Program-made: the position numbers and the translations under genes
NCBI RefSeq assembly: GCF_006345805.1
Contig: NC_043005.1
Span: 16,244,001-16,308,000 of the forward strand
Direction: 5' to 3'
Source: Octopus sinensis
Taxonomy: Eukaryota
Length of the DNA stretch: 64,000 nucleotides
Shown: piece by piece, positions 27,619-41,395 of the stretch
Layout: each line of letters starts with the position of its first letter
Position numbering within the stretch: the stretch's first letter is position 1
Notes under the pieces: generated by a model
Databases searched by the model: none
Told to the model about the DNA's origin: nothing
What the model saw: the letters and a program-made list of their open reading frames with translations, nothing else

Positions 27619-27666
27619 AACACAACGTTTCGGCTGATATACCCTCCAGCCTTCTTCAGAAATGTC
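27619..27666 (-). ncRNA. Minimal type I hammerhead ribozyme candidate
   Basis: Minus strand reads CTGAAGA-A-GGCTG-gagggtatat-CAGCC-GAAA-CG-TT-GTGTT. Core boxes are intact but stem I is imperfect. Confidence 0.65.
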
Positions 27667-27982
27667 TTGGAGAAATTTCGAACCTGGGTTCTCATTTCTA
27701 AGGTATTTTTCAATGTTGTTATTATTTTTATTATTATTATTATTATTATTATTAATATTATTATTTTTTTTTCTTCTTTCAAATTTGCTTCCATTTCTTG
27801 CCGAGTGTCTTCCCGACTCCTAGGGCAAAGAAACTCATAGTATACATTGGTAGGCCATTAAACTAAACTCAATAGTTCGTTCATTTTTTTTTTAAGTTAA
27901 ATTAAAATACATGGGTAGTTATTATTATTATGATTATTATTATTATTATTATTAATGTTGTTGTTTTTGTTGTTGTTGTTCA

Positions 27983-28055
27983 GGTCACTGCTTGGAATTG
28001 AACTCGGAATCTTGGGGTTAGTAGCCCACGCTCTTAACCACTACGCTATATGCCC
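27983..28055 (-). mobile_element. tRNA-like head (pseudo-tRNA/SINE head) in head-to-head palindrome
   Basis: GGGCATATAGCGTAGTGGTTAAGAGCGTGGGCTACTAACCCCAAGATTCCGAGTTCAATTCC has A and B boxes. An inverted partial copy lies at 28058-28079. Confidence 0.7.
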
Positions 28056-28307
28056 GTGGGTATATGGCGTAGTGGTTAAAAATGTAAGTAATGCAAATAA
28101 TGTATAAAAAATTTATAGAGAACTGTTTTTCTTCGAGACAAATCCCACCGCGAATGTTTTCCTGTCCCAATATACAAAAGCGTGCTAAAATCATAGGTAT
28201 ACACGCAGTTCGCACGCACATACGAAGGCACACACAAATTTACAATCGCTAGAAAGTCATTCGATTCAAGAGTTTATTCAATTATCTAAAATAGAAGGTT
28301 TATTCTA

Positions 28308-28715
28308 GTAGTGGCTGCGTGATAAGTAGCTTGCTTACCAACCACTTAGTTCCGGGTTCAGTCCCACTGCGTGGCATCTTGGGCGAGTGTCTTCTACTAT
28401 AGCCTCGGGCCGATCAAAGCTTTGTGAGTGGATTTGGTTGACGCAAACTGAAAGCCCGTCGTATATATGTATATATGTGTGCGTGTGTGTCTGTGTCTGT
28501 GTGTGTGTGTGTCTGTGTGTCTGTGTTTGTATCCCCAACATTGCTTGACAACCGATGCTGGTGTGTTTACGTCACCGTAACTAAGCGGTTCGGCAAAAGA
28601 GACCGATACAATAAGTAATAGACTTACAAACAATAAGTACTGGGGTCGATTTGGTCGACTAAAGGCGGTGCTCCAGCATGGGCGCAGTCAAATGACTGAA
28701 ACAATTATAAAAAGA
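28308..28715 (+). mobile_element. SINE family A
   Basis: Colinear with 25991-26392. Confidence 0.9.
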
Positions 28716-28993
28716 GTAAAAAAAAAAGATTAAAGAGTTCTCTGCGTTTTCCTTCGGGAAAAAAACCCAAGAAAGAGAAACCGGAGTAGTTGTGAATTAG
28801 AATTATGTATATTAGGTTAATGATTTTTGTGTGGCTGTTATATATTTTAGCTGCTATTTCTAGGAGCTGTAGGTGTTATTTTCACCCTTATGTACTCCAC
28901 CTTTTTGGTTTTTAATTGCTATAGCCACCTACATTATAACGTGTTTAATATATCGTAGTATTAATGTATCGTTGTATCTTATTGCATATATCA

Positions 28994-29370
28994 TGGCACT
29001 CCGTCGGTTACGACGATGAGGGTTCCAGTTGATCAAATCAACGGAACAGCCAGCTCGTGAAATTAACGTGTAAGTGGGTGAGCACTTCACAGACACGTAT
29101 GCCCTTAACGTAGTTGTCGGGGCAGATTCAGCATAACACGGAGTGTGACAAGGCTGGCCCATTGAAATATAGGTACAAAAGAAACAGAAAGAAAGAGTGA
29201 GAGAAAGTTAGGGTGAAAGAGTGCAGCAGGGTTCGTCACTGCTCCCTGCCGGAGTCTCGTGAAGCTTTAAGTGATTTCGCTCAATAAACACTCACAACGC
29301 CCTGTCTAGGAATTGAAACCGCGATCCTCTGACCGCGAGTTCGCTGCCCTTACTGGGCCATTGCGCCTCC

Positions 29371-29371
<1 letters not shown>
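28994..29371 (-). mobile_element. SINE family C, tail type 1
   Basis: Reverse-complement match to 38456-38839, with an internal deletion. Confidence 0.9.
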
Positions 29372-29429
<58 letters not shown>

Positions 29430-31899
29430 TGTGTGTGTGTAAGGTACGAAACATTTCATTTGTTATAGAGGGAGAATAAATTTTGTCCCAATATCTGATG
29501 TGCGTAACGCAGAGTTTTGATACTTTTAAGTTCCGGCTTCAATAATGTGTGTGTGTGTAGAGAGAGAGGGGGAGAGAGAAAGAGAGAGGGGGAGAGAGAA
29601 AGAGAGAGGAGAAGGATGTATATTATTATGTAAGAAATGTTTATCTGCACTGTAAAAAATTACTAATGTGACGACTAAAATCTACTTATCTATCCTCCAG
29701 CAAAGCTGTTAGAGTATCGGATAGAAACCCTAGCTGTATTTGTTATGGCCCTCTGCACTTCGGGTTGAAATCTTACGCAGATCAACTTTACCTTTAACTT
29801 TCAGAGTCGATGAATAAAGTAATAATCCAGAGCAGTGGGTTGGTGCCAACAGATTGTTATAACTTGAGATAAGATACTTTGTGGTGACCCTTTCCACTAT
29901 ACGAGTTCAGAGATAAATACTACCTGTAGCTTTTTTGCGGAACCCGGTAAGAACAGATGATAAACTGTGGAAGTCTTTAAACGCATGCTAAACTATTTCG
30001 GCTGATCGCTGCCAATGCCAAAACACCAGTTAACAGGAAAGAATACAAGGAAATCTTTAAGTTCTGCGCGCTTTCTTTCCTTTTCTGTTTATAATAAATA
30101 TACATAATTTTATGTCAATAATTATGAATTTGACGTTTAGGGCGGTGGAAATTACTACAACAGCGATACCCTGTTGTTTTCTGCATTTATTTTCATTCAA
30201 TTTTTTTATATTATTTTATTTTTCTTTTAACTCCAGTTGAGAAGTTTTCATTATAACAACATTCACCAGTGAAACATTTTCGTTTTTATTTATACAAAAA
30301 CATTATTTAGCAGATGTAAAGTACATCACAATGTTATACAACTGTTTTAATTAATAACGATTTCATCTCTAATTAACATATTATTTTCATTATGATGTCA
30401 CCTGTTTTCAACTTACAGCATGTTTTCATTGAATATCCGGGCATTACTGCTTGTACTTCCGGTATGTAAATTTATTCCTTTTGTTATTATTATTATTTGG
30501 TTTGAAAAGAAGACTTTGTGTCAGATGCCACGTATTGTTGTTGGTGTTGGAAAAGTTCTGATTGTTTCATTGAGGCATCGACATGCTATAAACAGCAACA
30601 GCATCATTCTCAAATCATATACTTCCGTCTTTAAGAAGGATAGAAACATTTGCTAAAGCATGGTATGGTCATGGCTAGAATGCCTTCGGTCCATAAGCCT
30701 GGTGAATCAATTCTATTTCCACCGCCACCACTTCCTATTCCTGCCTTTCTTTCTCCGTTTTCTTTTCCTCCCCTTCTTTTCCTCCTCCTCCTCCTCCTCC
30801 TCTCCCTCCTCCTCATCATCATTAATTGTATATAAGTCTCTTTATTCCGTGCAAGTCTCGATATAAGATTATTTTTCTAACGAAGGAAATTAAAATGTCT
30901 CCTACACAAAAATATATGGTAGCATAGATATAAGAGTTAATACTTCCATCATCAGTAGTTTCCATGCTCACAGTTTGGAAGGGATACAAAGATCAAACTC
31001 TATATGGGTACATGATATCACCAACTGTATATAGCATGAAATACGAAAACAAATGAGTTAAATACGCAAATAACGAGAGAAAAAACAGACAAGCAATACA
31101 AAGAATGACCCTTCATCAGTTGTCGTCTGTCTACTCCCCATTTCGAGCAATCAACGACAATATGAGACTTCGAAGACAGTTGCTCCCATAAATACCAAAA
31201 TAAAATTTAGGATTTATGGAGGGTCAAGGTTAGGAAAGAAAGCAGGACAGTGGAGACATAAGGGGAAACCGAACGGAAACAAACATGGAGGGTCGTTAGA
31301 CATGAACGATGGGAAAATAGATTTAAATGTGGCTGACGCACGTTTCTGCTTTACAGACATCTTGTAATTACATTTGAACAGTATTATATTCAACTTGTTG
31401 TTAGTCTATTCAACTTTATTATGGGTTCAGTCATTGACGTGTTCTGAAGAGAACTAATGGTATTTTGGTTTAGCTATCATTATACTTGGTAGGTGACTCT
31501 ATTTATTGAGTACAAAGAAAGTGAAAGAAAGATTTGGAAACCTGATACGACTAGATCTTAAATTAAGCCAGAGTATATTTTTTTAAACTTACTAGCCGCT
31601 GATTCAGACATAATTTTAATACATGAGATATGTAAATTTCATTTGTGAGGCCAATCCAAATCTTTCTTTATATAAATCAAGTTTTAATTTACATGTAGTT
31701 ACGTCATTCTATATGTGTAACAAGAATATACATATATGTACTTTTACGTATGAAAAATACTGATTACCACTTCATATTGGCAAATTAGATATTATACTGA
31801 CATTTACCATGTAAATTCAGGCACCTTTTATTTACGTGGCGCTTACTTCATTAAAATTCATCTCTATAGAAATATTTAAATGCCCTTCTGTAAAGCTAC

Positions 31900-32270
31900 G
31901 AACATCTAAGCAACTAGTAAGCAACTGGTGCTTAGACGTGAAAATATGGGATATTTATTCTATGCATAAATCGTATTATTTTGTATAATCTTCCCCGTTT
32001 ACGTAAGGTTCTGCTACAACTGTTATTTCCCATTCTATTTTAAAATTAGTATTTCTATCCTTCAAGGATCAGATAAATACACTTAAGCTCGTATTATGCA
32101 TCTTCTCTTTATCTCTAAATTAAGCTAAATGATTCGCTAGTCTTACCTTGGAATTCGTCGAGCATACTCTAATATAACAGTACAAATTTCCACCTGATGT
32201 AACCTTACATCTGTACGCTATATTTTCCCCCAAGTATTGAGCGTTTAGGGGACACATTTTATTCTTGCTA
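31900..32270 (-). mobile_element. Naiad-type PLE GIY-YIG remnant
   Basis: Minus frame: KCPLNAQYLGENIAYRCKVT...YCYIRVCSTNSKVRLANH...NTSLSVFI*SLKDRNTNFKIEWEITVVAEPY. Confidence 0.75.
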
Positions 32271-32614
32271 CAGCTACAAGGATTTTTAACGATACTGACC
32301 CTACCTACGTTAATGGGACCAGAATTAGATATCTTTCGTTTCTCTATCTACGAATCTACTAGTGGCTGCATCTCGGCTATAGTCACAAGTTCCCATGGTA
32401 TTTTGTGTACCGTTTGCTGTTTCTGGTCCAGCTAGCTACATTAGATATTGTAATGATAGTCTTCCTTCCACTGCTTTCCTGCATATTGGTGTATATTACC
32501 CTATCATTGCCTGTAAGTACTGTATTCAAAATCTCTCTAAGTTGATTATTTGCCTGTTCGGTTCGATGTACGTAGTTGCTTTTTTTTTTTTTTATTATGA
32601 ATAGTATTATTAAT

Positions 32615-32823
32615 AGCTGGCAGAATCGTTAGCACACCGGGAAAAATACTTAGCAACATTTCATTCGTCTTTTCATTCTGAGTTCAAATTTCGCCGAGGT
32701 CGACTTTGCCTTTTATCCTTTCCAGATCGATAAATTAAGTACCAGTGAAACACTGGGGTCGATGTAATCGACTAGTCCCCTCCCACAAAATTTCATGCCT
32801 TGTGCTCTTAGTAGAAAGGGATC
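32615..32823 (+). mobile_element. SINE family B
   Basis: AGCTGGCAGAATCGTTAGCAC head and GAGTTCAAATTTCGCCGAGGTCGAC core. Confidence 0.88.
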
Positions 32824-34296
32824 TTAGTTTTCTCTCTATGAACTATTTTACTGCAGTCTTTTTGTTCTGAAATTCGCATATTGTCCTAAAGTAATGCACA
32901 CCTATAACTCGTGCTAGGTTTTTGCTGGTGAAGAGTGCCAATCTAATGGTGTGCTGTTTAAAGATTATCTTATATTTATTTGATTTGAGAAAATGACTAT
33001 CTATAAAATTTATATAAAGTGTATGATTCAGCTTATTAAAGAGAGTTCAACAAATTCATTTATATTTGACGAAAATGGAGGACATTAGAAGTTAATATGG
33101 ATGATGATATTTTTATACATGTAACTATACGATCGTTTCATACAGAAAGACAATAAATTTATTTTACGAATCTGAGTTCTCAAAAGGTACTCGTCAGTAG
33201 CCAAATCATAAGTAAAAAAGCTAAAAAATATGTTATAATTGCATAGGTACGGTGTTATTACTCATTTTTGTAATGTGTTATTGTTCTTGGAGTCATGTCT
33301 ATTTAAACCGAACTAAAAGATAACACTTGGGTGTTGATATATATAATACTAATATGGGTAACATTCTCTCTGTAGATTTGTATAAAGGAGCTAATTTAAA
33401 GCTTTCATATATGAAATAAATAAAAAAAAACTGATGAGGCTGTATTTTAAGCAAAGGACAAACCAAATAAGGAAGTGCAAAATTTTGAAATACTGGAGAC
33501 TAACATATATAGTTAACTGTTAAAAATCAATACAACTTAGTAATTAACTAGAAAAAAATGTTTAACTGTAATCATAAAATTTGTAATTTGTGTTTTTTGT
33601 AAATAATAAGTCTGATTTTATAGAAAACAAAATAAGTGTAATATTACGAATTTAGCAAAACTTGTAGAAGGATATATGAAAAGGTAGATACCGAAAAACG
33701 CTTAATAAAATAGAAATTAAAATTAAAAAGTTTTTAAAAATTTTAATTAAAAATAAGAAATAAAAAAATATTCAAGATGGGGGAATTTACTTACATTATC
33801 CGCTGCTAAAAACATATATAATCATCAATAGAGCAGTATAGAAAAGTTATATTTAATAATAACGAAAAGAGTTGTGTACTATTGTGGAGAAAAGCTAAAA
33901 AATAAAGTTAGAGTTTTGCCTACTGTAGGGTAGATAACAATTAAGGGGAAAAAATTGGTTTTACTTATATGTTCTATTTATATATGTAGAAAAATATTAA
34001 AAATAAATACATCGACACCGTATGTATATGAATATGTGCACGCAAAAATTATGCGTCATACATAACTTTATACGTAAAAATTATGCGTGTACATACCGGT
34101 ACAATCATATATGCATATACAAACTATATATATATCTATATATATATATATATTATATATAATATATATATATATAATATATATATAAGGGCATTTACAA
34201 ACAGATATCTCTAAATACGATCATGTATTTACTAATAACCTATACACATCAGTACCAAAGTATATACCCTTATACATAGAATACTCGGACACACAC

Positions 34297-34377
<81 letters not shown>

Positions 34378-34403
34378 TATATATATGTATGTATGTATGT
34401 ATG

Positions 34404-34451
<48 letters not shown>

Positions 34452-34965
34452 ATATATATATATCAGCTCATAGATAATGTTTATATAGGCCTGAATGTAT
34501 ATTGGCCATATACGTTTACATACCTACACATATACATTTTAAGAACATACATACATTATAAAAATTATAAATTCGAAAATCTTATGAATATTATAAGCAT
34601 TTTTAATAAAAATAATTATAAAAATAATTTTAAAAATAGTTATAAAAAGTAGTTGCTAAAATAATTTATAAAATAATTTATGAAATTTATAATGATAAAG
34701 GCGTGCTCCAGCATGACTACAGTCAAATAACTGAAACAAGTAAAATAGTAAAAGAGTATATGTATATATAAAGATAGTGGATAGCATAACATCATACTTA
34801 TCATACTTATGTATAATTTATATATACTCGTACATACTTCTTACATACATGCAAAAATATCCGGCTACCAACATGCACAAAGATATATGTATATACATAA
34901 AATGCATATTTAACAATTAGAAGCACAATACGTTACATTAAAGTAAATGCATATATATATATATA

Positions 34966-35003
<38 letters not shown>

Positions 35004-35083
35004 GAGAGAGAGAGAGAGATATAAATATAGATTAAGATACATACACATATATATATATAGTTATATATAGTTATATATATATA

Positions 35084-35125
<42 letters not shown>

Positions 35126-35284
35126 GCATTCATACGCAGATGCAAATAGAAAAGTATATAGATGTGCACATGCACCCATATACATATATATATAGATATA
35201 CAGACGCATACACATACATACTCTCAGCTACATACACATGGGTACATACAGATAAGCACATATGTATATATACATACACATATA

Positions 35285-35319
<35 letters not shown>

Positions 35320-35642
35320 CATATATATACGTATACATACATACATACACGCATACATATATACCAATACCAATATGCTCGTACATACGCAAATTATAAA
35401 TAATTAAATACATATATATAGGCAAGTTGAGATACACATACATACACTTAAAAACAAATATTAAAGGAAGCATATAGCCATAGATATATTTGCGCATATA
35501 TATATATAGATAGATAGATATGTGTATACATATACATTCGCAGTTACATACATATAGTTACATACAGATAAATACAAATGTGCATATGTATATACTATAC
35601 ACATATATATATATATACACACTTTTACACATTTATCTAATA

Positions 35643-35700
<58 letters not shown>

Positions 35701-36039
35701 AACATACACATATAAAAATACATGTGTACCAGTACTAATTTACTAGTATACACGCAGGTAATTAAATTCATATATAGGCATATTGAGTCGTATGTATATA
35801 TACACACACTTACAGATATCTAAATAAGTATATAGACAAAATATCTACATATACACATACATATAGAAACGACATAGATATATGGTCATGTATACATACA
35901 TGCTCATCAGTCATCAATAAATAATATGGAATAACAAAATTAATTAATACTATTAAATTAGAATGCTAATAGGTTATTTAGATGAATAAATAAGTATTTA
36001 GTGTGGTATTAAATAATATTATTAGGTTAGTTCAGATTA

Positions 36040-37793
36040 TTGAAAAGGAATGTTTTCATGTGTTTACATGTAATAACTTTTTCATCCCTAGTATTTATTA
36101 GGTTCTCTTTCATATTAATTATTTTATACTTTTCTTCCCGGCATAATCTACAGAATTTATTGTTAATTTTGTAAGAAGGTGCAAATGATACAATTTTCCA
36201 TTGAATAATGAAATCAATATTGTCTTTTTTTGTGAGTCCAGTAAAATTTTTTTTTTTTTAAAGTCCAGTACTATTTGCTTTGGTCTCTAAATGTCGATTC
36301 GTGGTTCGCAATTCTTGATTTGATCCAGTTTTGTGTACATCCGATATAATGATATTTTGAGGCATCATGTGTCATAATAGTTGCTTCGTATCCTATCTTT
36401 TTTCTTACAATCTCTGTCAAACTTATATGTGTTTGGGTCCCTACAATTACAATTTTTATGTGTAAGTAATGTGGTGTTATAACAAGACTGTGTTGATTTA
36501 TATGGGTTGCAGTTATTAAGAGTATTTATATTGCTATTTGTACCATTATGTTCTGGTTTTTATTATTTTTGTATGTTTTAGGTTCAGTTTGTGTTTCTTT
36601 TTATTTTCATAGAATTGATCTAGTTTCTTATTATTAAATGAAGATATTATCTTGAAAAGGTTGGGAGAAACTAAAAATCCGAATCTGAGGTGTTTATTAT
36701 CAAATATTTTTGCATATCTAGTGCTTTAGAAGTTTTTATTAATAATCTTTCTAACAGATCTTATAAAGTTTGTCTTTAAATGTTTAGCAAAGGCAATTAT
36801 TATCCATATGGTTTTGTTAGGGTCTACCTTGGTTGAGTATTGATTTGTATTCAGAAAGTCATTTTTTTCTCATACATGTTATTCGTTTCTTTTTTACTGT
36901 TTTTATTATCATTATTAATTTTATTATCATGGTTATTCTGATCTTTATTGTTAATAATCTTAACCTGGTTATTCATATTAATTGTTATCTTTATGTTCAT
37001 ATTCTTATCGTTAATTATATAGTTGCAATTTATGCTATCAGTGTTTTTTCGGGCTATTTACATTACTGTAATTAGAATGGTGATAATAATTTTTATGATT
37101 TTTGTTCTTATAATGAATTTTATTTATGTTATAATGTTCATTATGCATAAGTATATTTTTTTATTATTATGATTATCCTGTTTAACATTATTGTTATATT
37201 TATGATTAGCGTTGGGGATTTTTTAAAATTTGTTTATGAAGGTATACTGCTTCTTTATAAGCATTTAATTTCTCTAGTTTTAACATTATTATTTATCTAA
37301 TTATTTTAATAGGATTTTTAATAGTGTTGTAGCTCTTATTGTACTTAATTTCATACTTATATTCTGCCTTCTTAAGTGCAGTTGCAATAGTCTTTGTGAT
37401 TATTAAATGCTTCTTCGTTATATGATAGAAAATTTATTCTTTTCTCTATGCTTGTACGAGGGATTTCTATAATATTACGTGGATAGTTACTGTTTGCGTT
37501 TATATAACTTATGTTGGTGTTAGGTTTATGATAAGGTTGGTAAATAGAAGTATTCAGGGTTAGGGTTAGGGTTAGTTGACGTCAAGAAAGTTTACGAAGA
37601 TGTTATCTTTTTCAATAGATATTTAGAGTTCTTGGTTCTTAAAAAGTGTATGTAGTTTTTTTTGTAATTTTCCAATTATCTATTTGAAGTGTTCCTTACT
37701 AAGAATAGGGCGTCGTCCCTGTATACTCCGCCTTCGAATTCAGGGAATTCCTCTTTAAATTTGTGTGGTAGATATATGCCGACTAAGTCGGTT
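36040..37793 (-). mobile_element. Naiad-type Penelope-like retroelement, decayed RT + GIY-YIG
   Basis: Minus frames: DLVGIYL...GVYRDDALF (YRDD at ~37710-37723), VNFLDV, HKPN..YINANSNYP, SPNLFKIISSFNNKKL, GYEATI...YIGCTQNWIKSRIANHESTF, IQWKIVSFAPSY...FCRLCREEK, NLINTRDE..TCKH. Confidence 0.85.
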
Positions 37794-38455
37794 TACTATT
37801 TCTTTATACATATATATATATAGAGAGAGAGAGACAATGTTAAAAATAAGTATTACTCCGAAGTAGCAATAACATTACCTTTAATTCTATAATTATATAG
37901 CATCTTTTAAGACCAACCCATGTTTCAATTGCATCTATGAGTAATCGTTGCAATCTCTTCAGGGTGCTAACTTGTTATCTCTCCGTATGGCTGTTTAATG
38001 ATTTTCTTTTATAAACTCTGCGTTCTATAATGTAGAGTTGTTCGTTAAGTCAGACGCGAACAATCTCTATTTCAAATTCTTATTGGATAATCATTTTTAG
38101 TCCATCATTTCAAAACCTTGCATAGTTTAAATGATAATTACTCATTTATATTTGGCAACAAACAAGATGAGGACGAATATCCGTCAATTGTAAATAATGT
38201 ATATAATATACATAATTCCTCATCTCTGAAGTATTACAATGTTACGTTCTGTGATTATCTCCCTTGAAAGCACGTTCATCGTTTCCACGTAACCTATGGT
38301 GGCATTGCTGTTTCCAATGTTTATTTTCGTTTGTCTATTAGAAATTTTACTCGCGTAACTATCTTAACACTCAAGTTTTAGGTAATTGTTGTTTCTTTTT
38401 AGTTCTATGGTGAAACTAGCTTGCTGTTGTCATTGATGTATTATAGCTACTTCAG

Positions 38456-38839
38456 TGGAGGCGCAATGGCCCAGTGGTTAGGGCAGCGGACTCGCGGTCA
38501 TAGGATCGCGGTTTCGATTCCCAGACCGGGCGTTGTGAGTGTTTATTGAGCGAAAACACCAGAAGCTCCACGAGGCTCCGGCAGGAGATGGTGGTGATCC
38601 CTGCTGTACTCTTTCACCACAACTTTCTCTCACTCTTACTTCCTGTTTCTGTTGTACCTGTATTTCAAAGGGCTGGCCTTGTCGCTCTCTGTGTCACGCT
38701 GAATATCCCCGAGAACTACGTTAAGGGTACACGTGTCTGTGGAGTGCTCAGCCACTTACACGTTAATTTCACGAGCAGGCTGTTCCGTTGATTCAGATCA
38801 ACCGGAACCCTCGTCGTCGTAACCGACGGAGTGCTTCCA
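38456..38839 (+). mobile_element. SINE family C, tail type 1, full length with 13-bp TSD
   Basis: TSD ATAGCTACTTCAG at 38443-38455 and 38847-38859, with a short (CCAT)n tail. Confidence 0.95.
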
Positions 38840-38911
38840 TCCATCCATAGCTACTTCAGATGATTCCTGTTTTTAAAGGGTTTTTTTTCAAAAATCATAT
38901 GGCTGTGTTAT

Positions 38912-39051
38912 TTTTTTTAACCCCGCCAGGGAGGTTATGTTTTAGCCGGTGTTGGTTTTGGTAATTGGGCGATTTTCAACATGCGTGGATATGAGTGGAT
39001 ATGATGATCTGCTTGGCGGAGGTCTGCGTTCTCCGAGTGCTTTTCTAGTTA
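38912..39051 (+). mobile_element. Short Helentron-associated (HINE/DINE-1-like) non-autonomous element
   Basis: Subterminal inverted repeats CCCCGCCAGG / CTTGGCGGAG, a 3' stem-loop GCGTTCTCCGAGTGC and terminal TTTTCTAGTT. Confidence 0.7.
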
Positions 39052-39335
39052 TTTATGTTAATTAAATTCGGTTATTTCTCTCTTCACGACATGTAATTTC
39101 TTAGCATTCCCCTTCTTTTTGAGTTACTATATTCCTTTTAACGTTATTATGCTTCGAATGTATTACGCTATTCTGATTGTAATCGCTTTTCTGAAATTTC
39201 GATATTATTTGTGCTGCTATAATTTGTGCAATATTACGACTAATCTTATGCCGATAAAAAATTTTGAAATATTTGTGGTTTCCTTGAAAATATTTTTGAA
39301 TTGCTATACGTACATACATAGATACATGTATATAT

Positions 39336-39409
<74 letters not shown>

Positions 39410-39469
39410 GTATATACATACACACACACACACGCACACACGCACACACACACACACACACACACATAC

Positions 39470-39515
<46 letters not shown>

Positions 39516-39595
39516 AGAAATTACCTGGCCTCTAAAGAGGAATTTGGTATGCATATCCAGTTCCAGACCATAAATTTCTGTTTAAGCTACAAAAG

Positions 39596-39783
39596 CTATA
39601 ATAATAATGATAACAATAATAATATAATAAAAATAATAATAATAATAATAACAACAACAACAACAATAATATAATAATATAATAATAATAATAATAATAA
39701 TAACAACAACAACAACAATATTAATAATAATAATAAATAATAATAAAAATAATATAATAATATAATAATAATAAAAATAATAA

Positions 39784-39825
<42 letters not shown>

Positions 39826-39868
39826 TAATAATAATAATAAAAATAATAACAATAATAATAATAATAGA
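39596..39868. repeat. (AAT/AAC)n microsatellite array
   Basis: Direct reading. Confidence 0.95.
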
Positions 39869-39949
39869 TAAGGAAAAGCGAAGTTGCTTATTTATTGACC
39901 CTTCATACCCATTTGATTCCATAATCGTAAAGAAAGAGGAAGAAAAGCA

Positions 39950-40240
39950 AAAGATATACAATCCCCTAAAATTTGAAATAGGAAGAATTTGGAGCATGTG
40001 GACAGTAAACGTCATGCTTATAATAATATGGACAAAAGGCTGAAGAAGATTGAAATAGAATGCCCGGAAGAGCTCCTAGAGAATGTTTGTATCTTAGAGA
40101 CAGCAAGGATCACCAAGAGGGTCCAGAGTATTTGAAAGACTGCTGAAAATTTGTGGATACCTTAAGTTACAAGAAGTAACCTGCTATCCACGTAATCCCT
40201 ACCAAGAATATGACCGAACCTGAGAAAAACCAAAATAATA
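39950..40240 (+). mobile_element. 3' end of an RLE-type (Dong/R4-like) LINE between (AAT)n and (GAT)n arrays
   Basis: GRIWSMWTVNV...ECPEELLENVCILETARITKRVQSI* resembles the RLE C-terminal L.TA.I.R.V motif. Confidence 0.55.
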
Positions 40241-40243
40241 ATA

Positions 40244-40274
<31 letters not shown>

Positions 40275-40276
40275 CG

Positions 40277-40319
<43 letters not shown>

Positions 40320-40391
40320 ATTAATGAGGAGGAGGAAGAGGGGGAAAACACAAATGATACAGACAGACAGATAGACAGACAGATAGATAGG

Positions 40392-40508
<117 letters not shown>

Positions 40509-40525
40509 GGATGGATAGATAGATG

Positions 40526-40613
<88 letters not shown>

Positions 40614-40698
40614 TGCTTATGTACATATAATAACCTATGTGTGCGTATACGTAACTACATTTATGATTACAGGGGTGAATCAGTGTCATGCTCGTATA

Positions 40699-41358
40699 CA
40701 GGGTGGGTGGAAAATCACTAAGCATTAGAAATTGCTTATAGAATGTTTAGTACCACTGAAGTCATAACGAAAACATTTTTTAAACAGACGACACTAACGG
40801 GGATTTCCTGTTTTCTCATTGTCTTATTTCTTATTTTCCAGATGGCCGGTCGTTTGACTGTTCAGGAGCTAAGATAGCAGCACGCTATGAAGTGTGGAAT
40901 TCCATTGTTTTGGTTCAGAGATGATGGCACGCAAGGAAAGGTAAGCATGCAACACTACGTCCAGAGACAATGAAAAGTTGTCATGCAAAGCTGATGACCA
41001 CAAGCTTTGTGAACGATGCAAGAAGTGGCCGTCCAACCACATCCAGATCAGCGGAGAGCGTGACAACAGTGCAGGAAATGTTTAATCGCAGCCCGCAAGA
41101 ATCAACATGTCAAGTAGCTCGTGAAAGTGGACTAACACGATACATAATACGTACGGTGTTACTTCAGTCATTTGACTGTGGCCATGCTGGAGCACCGACA
41201 TTAGTCGCGCAAATCGACCCCAGGACTTATTCTTTGTAAGCCTAGTACTTATTCTATCAGTCTCTTTTGCCGAACCGCTAAGTTACGGGGACATAAACAC
41301 ACCAGCATCAGTTGTCAAGCGATGTTGGGGGGACAAACACAGACACATACACACACAA

Positions 41359-41395
<37 letters not shown>

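Noticed and set aside
27983-28055. Functional tRNA gene (apparent ACT anticodon)
   Set aside because: The acceptor stem does not pair, it is embedded in a repeat, and the family A/B/C/CORE heads are likewise SINE-derived rather than tRNA genes.
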